Origin: Catajapyx aquilonaris
Lineage: Eukaryota
Assembly (NCBI GenBank): GCA_000934665.2
Contig: JYFJ02003339.1
Span: forward strand, 1 to 43,308
DNA length: 43,308 nt
Direction of reading: 5' to 3'
The notes beneath the pieces were generated by a model. That model ran no database searches and was not told the DNA's origin. It worked only from the letters and a program-made list of their open reading frames with translations. A program made the position numbers and the translations under genes. Positions within the stretch are counted from its first letter, which is position 1, and each line of letters opens with the position of its first letter. This document shows positions 41,218-43,308 of the stretch, piece by piece.

Positions 41218-42618
41218 TGCATTACTTATTGTGGAGAACTATTACTTCATTGCCAAACTGACTGTTGTGGAATTAACAGAGCTTCTATTGCAAAATGGCC
41301 AATTGAAACAATTGTAGATCACAATTCAATAAGGGCCCAATACTGTGAAAATTGAAAATGTCCAGGAAGCTTAAAAAACAACTTATTTCTGTTTCTGTTC
41401 ATGGTAAGCAATTGTACTCTATACCTATAGCTATAGTGACAGATATGTACAACATGAATGCCTGACAGCACTTTCATCGAAATCGGCATGTATATTTATA
41501 TTTTAATTAAATACTTTTAATGCTCACAATTGGGCCCTTCTTGCATTGTATCGTTCCTTTGGCTTAAATATGAAGAATAAACCGTCTCAGGATAAAATTA
41601 ATGAATGATTATGATATACAAGAGACATAGTATTCGCCTCAGAGTAATTACACATTATATATAATTAAATTTAATGCTTTTTTGGTCTCCCATACTACCT
41701 AGGTCTACCTTATAAAGTAGAGGCCATTTTTTACCACTTCCCGAGGGCGTAGGTCAAAGATTTTTCGGTGACATATACACCAGCAAGTCTCCTTTATTTG
41801 CCACTAGGTTTAGCACTGCTCCACAGAGGGGAACGTTCTATATGGCAAAGTAACGCATCTCCTTTAGAAGTAGCGATTAGACAAAAATCACGTCGCGGTT
41901 AGAAATCACGGCTATTTTCAAATCGCGGCTCACTTGTAGTGTATTAAAATTGCGTTTTCAAGTGACAATCACGGCTGCCACTGCTATCGATCCGCCGATG
42001 GTTAGAAGCCTTTTTCAGGCATTACCAGTGACATTTCGGCTATTCTTGCATTTTAAACCGATGGACAACCACTAGAGGAATTTCAATATGCCCTAAAAGC
42101 ATTTCCGTAAAAATTGACAGATCACAGATGGGCCCTTATTGCATTGTGGCATTCCATTGATCATTGGCAACAGACGTGAATGATATGGTAGATATCTTTT
42201 GCAGGATTAAGAGAGGATGAATGTCACACAATCTAATATCAGCAGCTAATACTTTTGATATAGAGAATTAGTCTAGAAGCAACTGATTAATAATAAGCCA
42301 CTTAATTCTCTGGGCAAGCAGGCATCGCATGGCTTTTATAATATAGGAAGGATCATAATCATAATAATTACACCAGCTCATTCCTCTCTGCCTTTCAGAG
42401 TTTTGTGACAGCATACCATCAGACTCAACAGGGTGTAACGGGTGTCCAATGCAGCCTGCCATTCGACTCTTTGGTACGTAGGCTACACGAAACTTCTGGG
42501 GCTCTAATTTGCTACCCAGGACTACAGAAGGTTCCTAATGTTCTACTTTTGGTCCATTGCAGAAACAATCAGCGCAAATCTCAAAAATTATGCTAAAAGT
42601 GTTAGAGACAACCACTAA
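36373..42618 (+). CDS. Astacin-3xShK metalloprotease copy 6 (14 exons, apparently intact)
   Basis: [55 protein letters not shown] from 39315; SIMHYPPDAF; three ShK domains; TAA at 42616-42618. Confidence 0.9.
37640..37987 (+). mobile_element. tRNA-derived SINE with 14-bp target site duplication
   Basis: A box GTGGCCGTGATGG and B box GGTTCGATCCC; ends CACGGGGTATTTAAAAAAA; duplication ATAGACAAAATATT at 37626-37639 and 37988-38001; empty site in copy 4 at about 26215-26230. Confidence 0.9.
41136..41216. repeat. (AAT)n microsatellite after the ShK3 exon
   Basis: Visible; equivalent tract at about 29507-29580, degenerate in copy 3. Confidence 0.95.
41320..42148. mobile_element. Non-autonomous DNA element with imperfect TIRs (CACAAT termini)
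   Basis: CACAATTCAATAAGGGCCCA...TGGGCCCTTATTGCATTGTG; absent from the equivalent intron of copies 3 and 4; no clean target site duplication. Confidence 0.72.
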
Positions 42619-42951
42619 TAATCAATCCAAATTGTAAGTAAAGTCCTAACTGAAGAAAGTGTTTCCATCACATTTTGTTCAAGTCCTGCATGGTTATTGT
42701 TATTTATTCGACAATGTAATATCTGCAATTATTTTGTACGTGTTCCAGTGGTTATTGAGTTTTGATGCAACATGCTGCTGAGTGTAATATTAATATCAAA
42801 ATCAAAGCCTATACTTTCAAATAATTTTATACCAGGAGCCAATAGGTGATCCTGCTGCTGTAAGGAGCCCAGCATAAAATGTGACGTTAATGACACTTCT
42901 TGTATTCCAACTCATTCTGGTGTGTGGGACGTGGGTTACTAAGACTAGATA

Positions 42952-43308
42952 CAGGGTGATTCTCCCGAATGGAAACCGAGACATTCCTCAATAACCTTTT
43001 AATATGGTATGGTTCCCGATGAAAATTGACATGTACTATCGGGTTCAAATACTTTCGGCCACTTTATCCTGGTCTTGAAGGAACCTTCACAGACCTCTTT
43101 AACGTGGGGTCTGTGCGACGGGTTGCTTCAACACCAGGATAAAGTGGCCAAACGTATTGAACCCAAGCAGGCGGGAGGGTGCGAGAGGGATGGGATCGCC
43201 GCCTTCAATATGCAGGAGTCTTCGGCAATATGCAGACTCGCATTTAAAAAAATTTGGATGCTGAAAGGGACCACTTTTGGTATGTTCTGTAGTCAGACCT
43301 TCCTTGGC
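42952..43308. mobile_element. Tc1/mariner-type element start (runs off the window)
   Basis: Begins TA-CAGGGTGATTC exactly where homology with the copy 4-5 spacer (about 30968) stops; contains a ~124-bp hairpin at 43041-43164. Confidence 0.6.

Overview
AT-rich, intron-containing animal genomic DNA, probably arthropod given the insect-like SINEs and DRE-like motifs. The left 6 kb holds a divergent HIPK-family kinase gene (- strand, running off the window). It sits head-to-head with an intact 83-codon ELOF1/Elf1 gene (+ strand) that the ORF track misses, and whose coding intron contains scrambled RTE-LINE pieces. From about 6.5 kb to 42.6 kb is a tandem array of six secreted astacin (M12A) metalloprotease genes, each with three C-terminal ShK domains. 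Copies 3, 4 and 6 look intact. Copy 2 has a nonsense codon, copy 1 has a late frameshift/stop, and copy 5 has lost a splice donor to an (AAT)25 tract. Two stubs of deleted paralogs are also present. The paralogs share unusual extra cysteines and a conserved promoter module, but differ at active-site-cleft residues. Introns and spacers carry tRNA-SINEs, a mariner relic, an RTE 3' end and several MITEs. One MITE is Transib-like, with exact CACAGTG (RSS heptamer) ends and a 5-bp target site duplication. All gene models were spliced by eye and no database searches were run.
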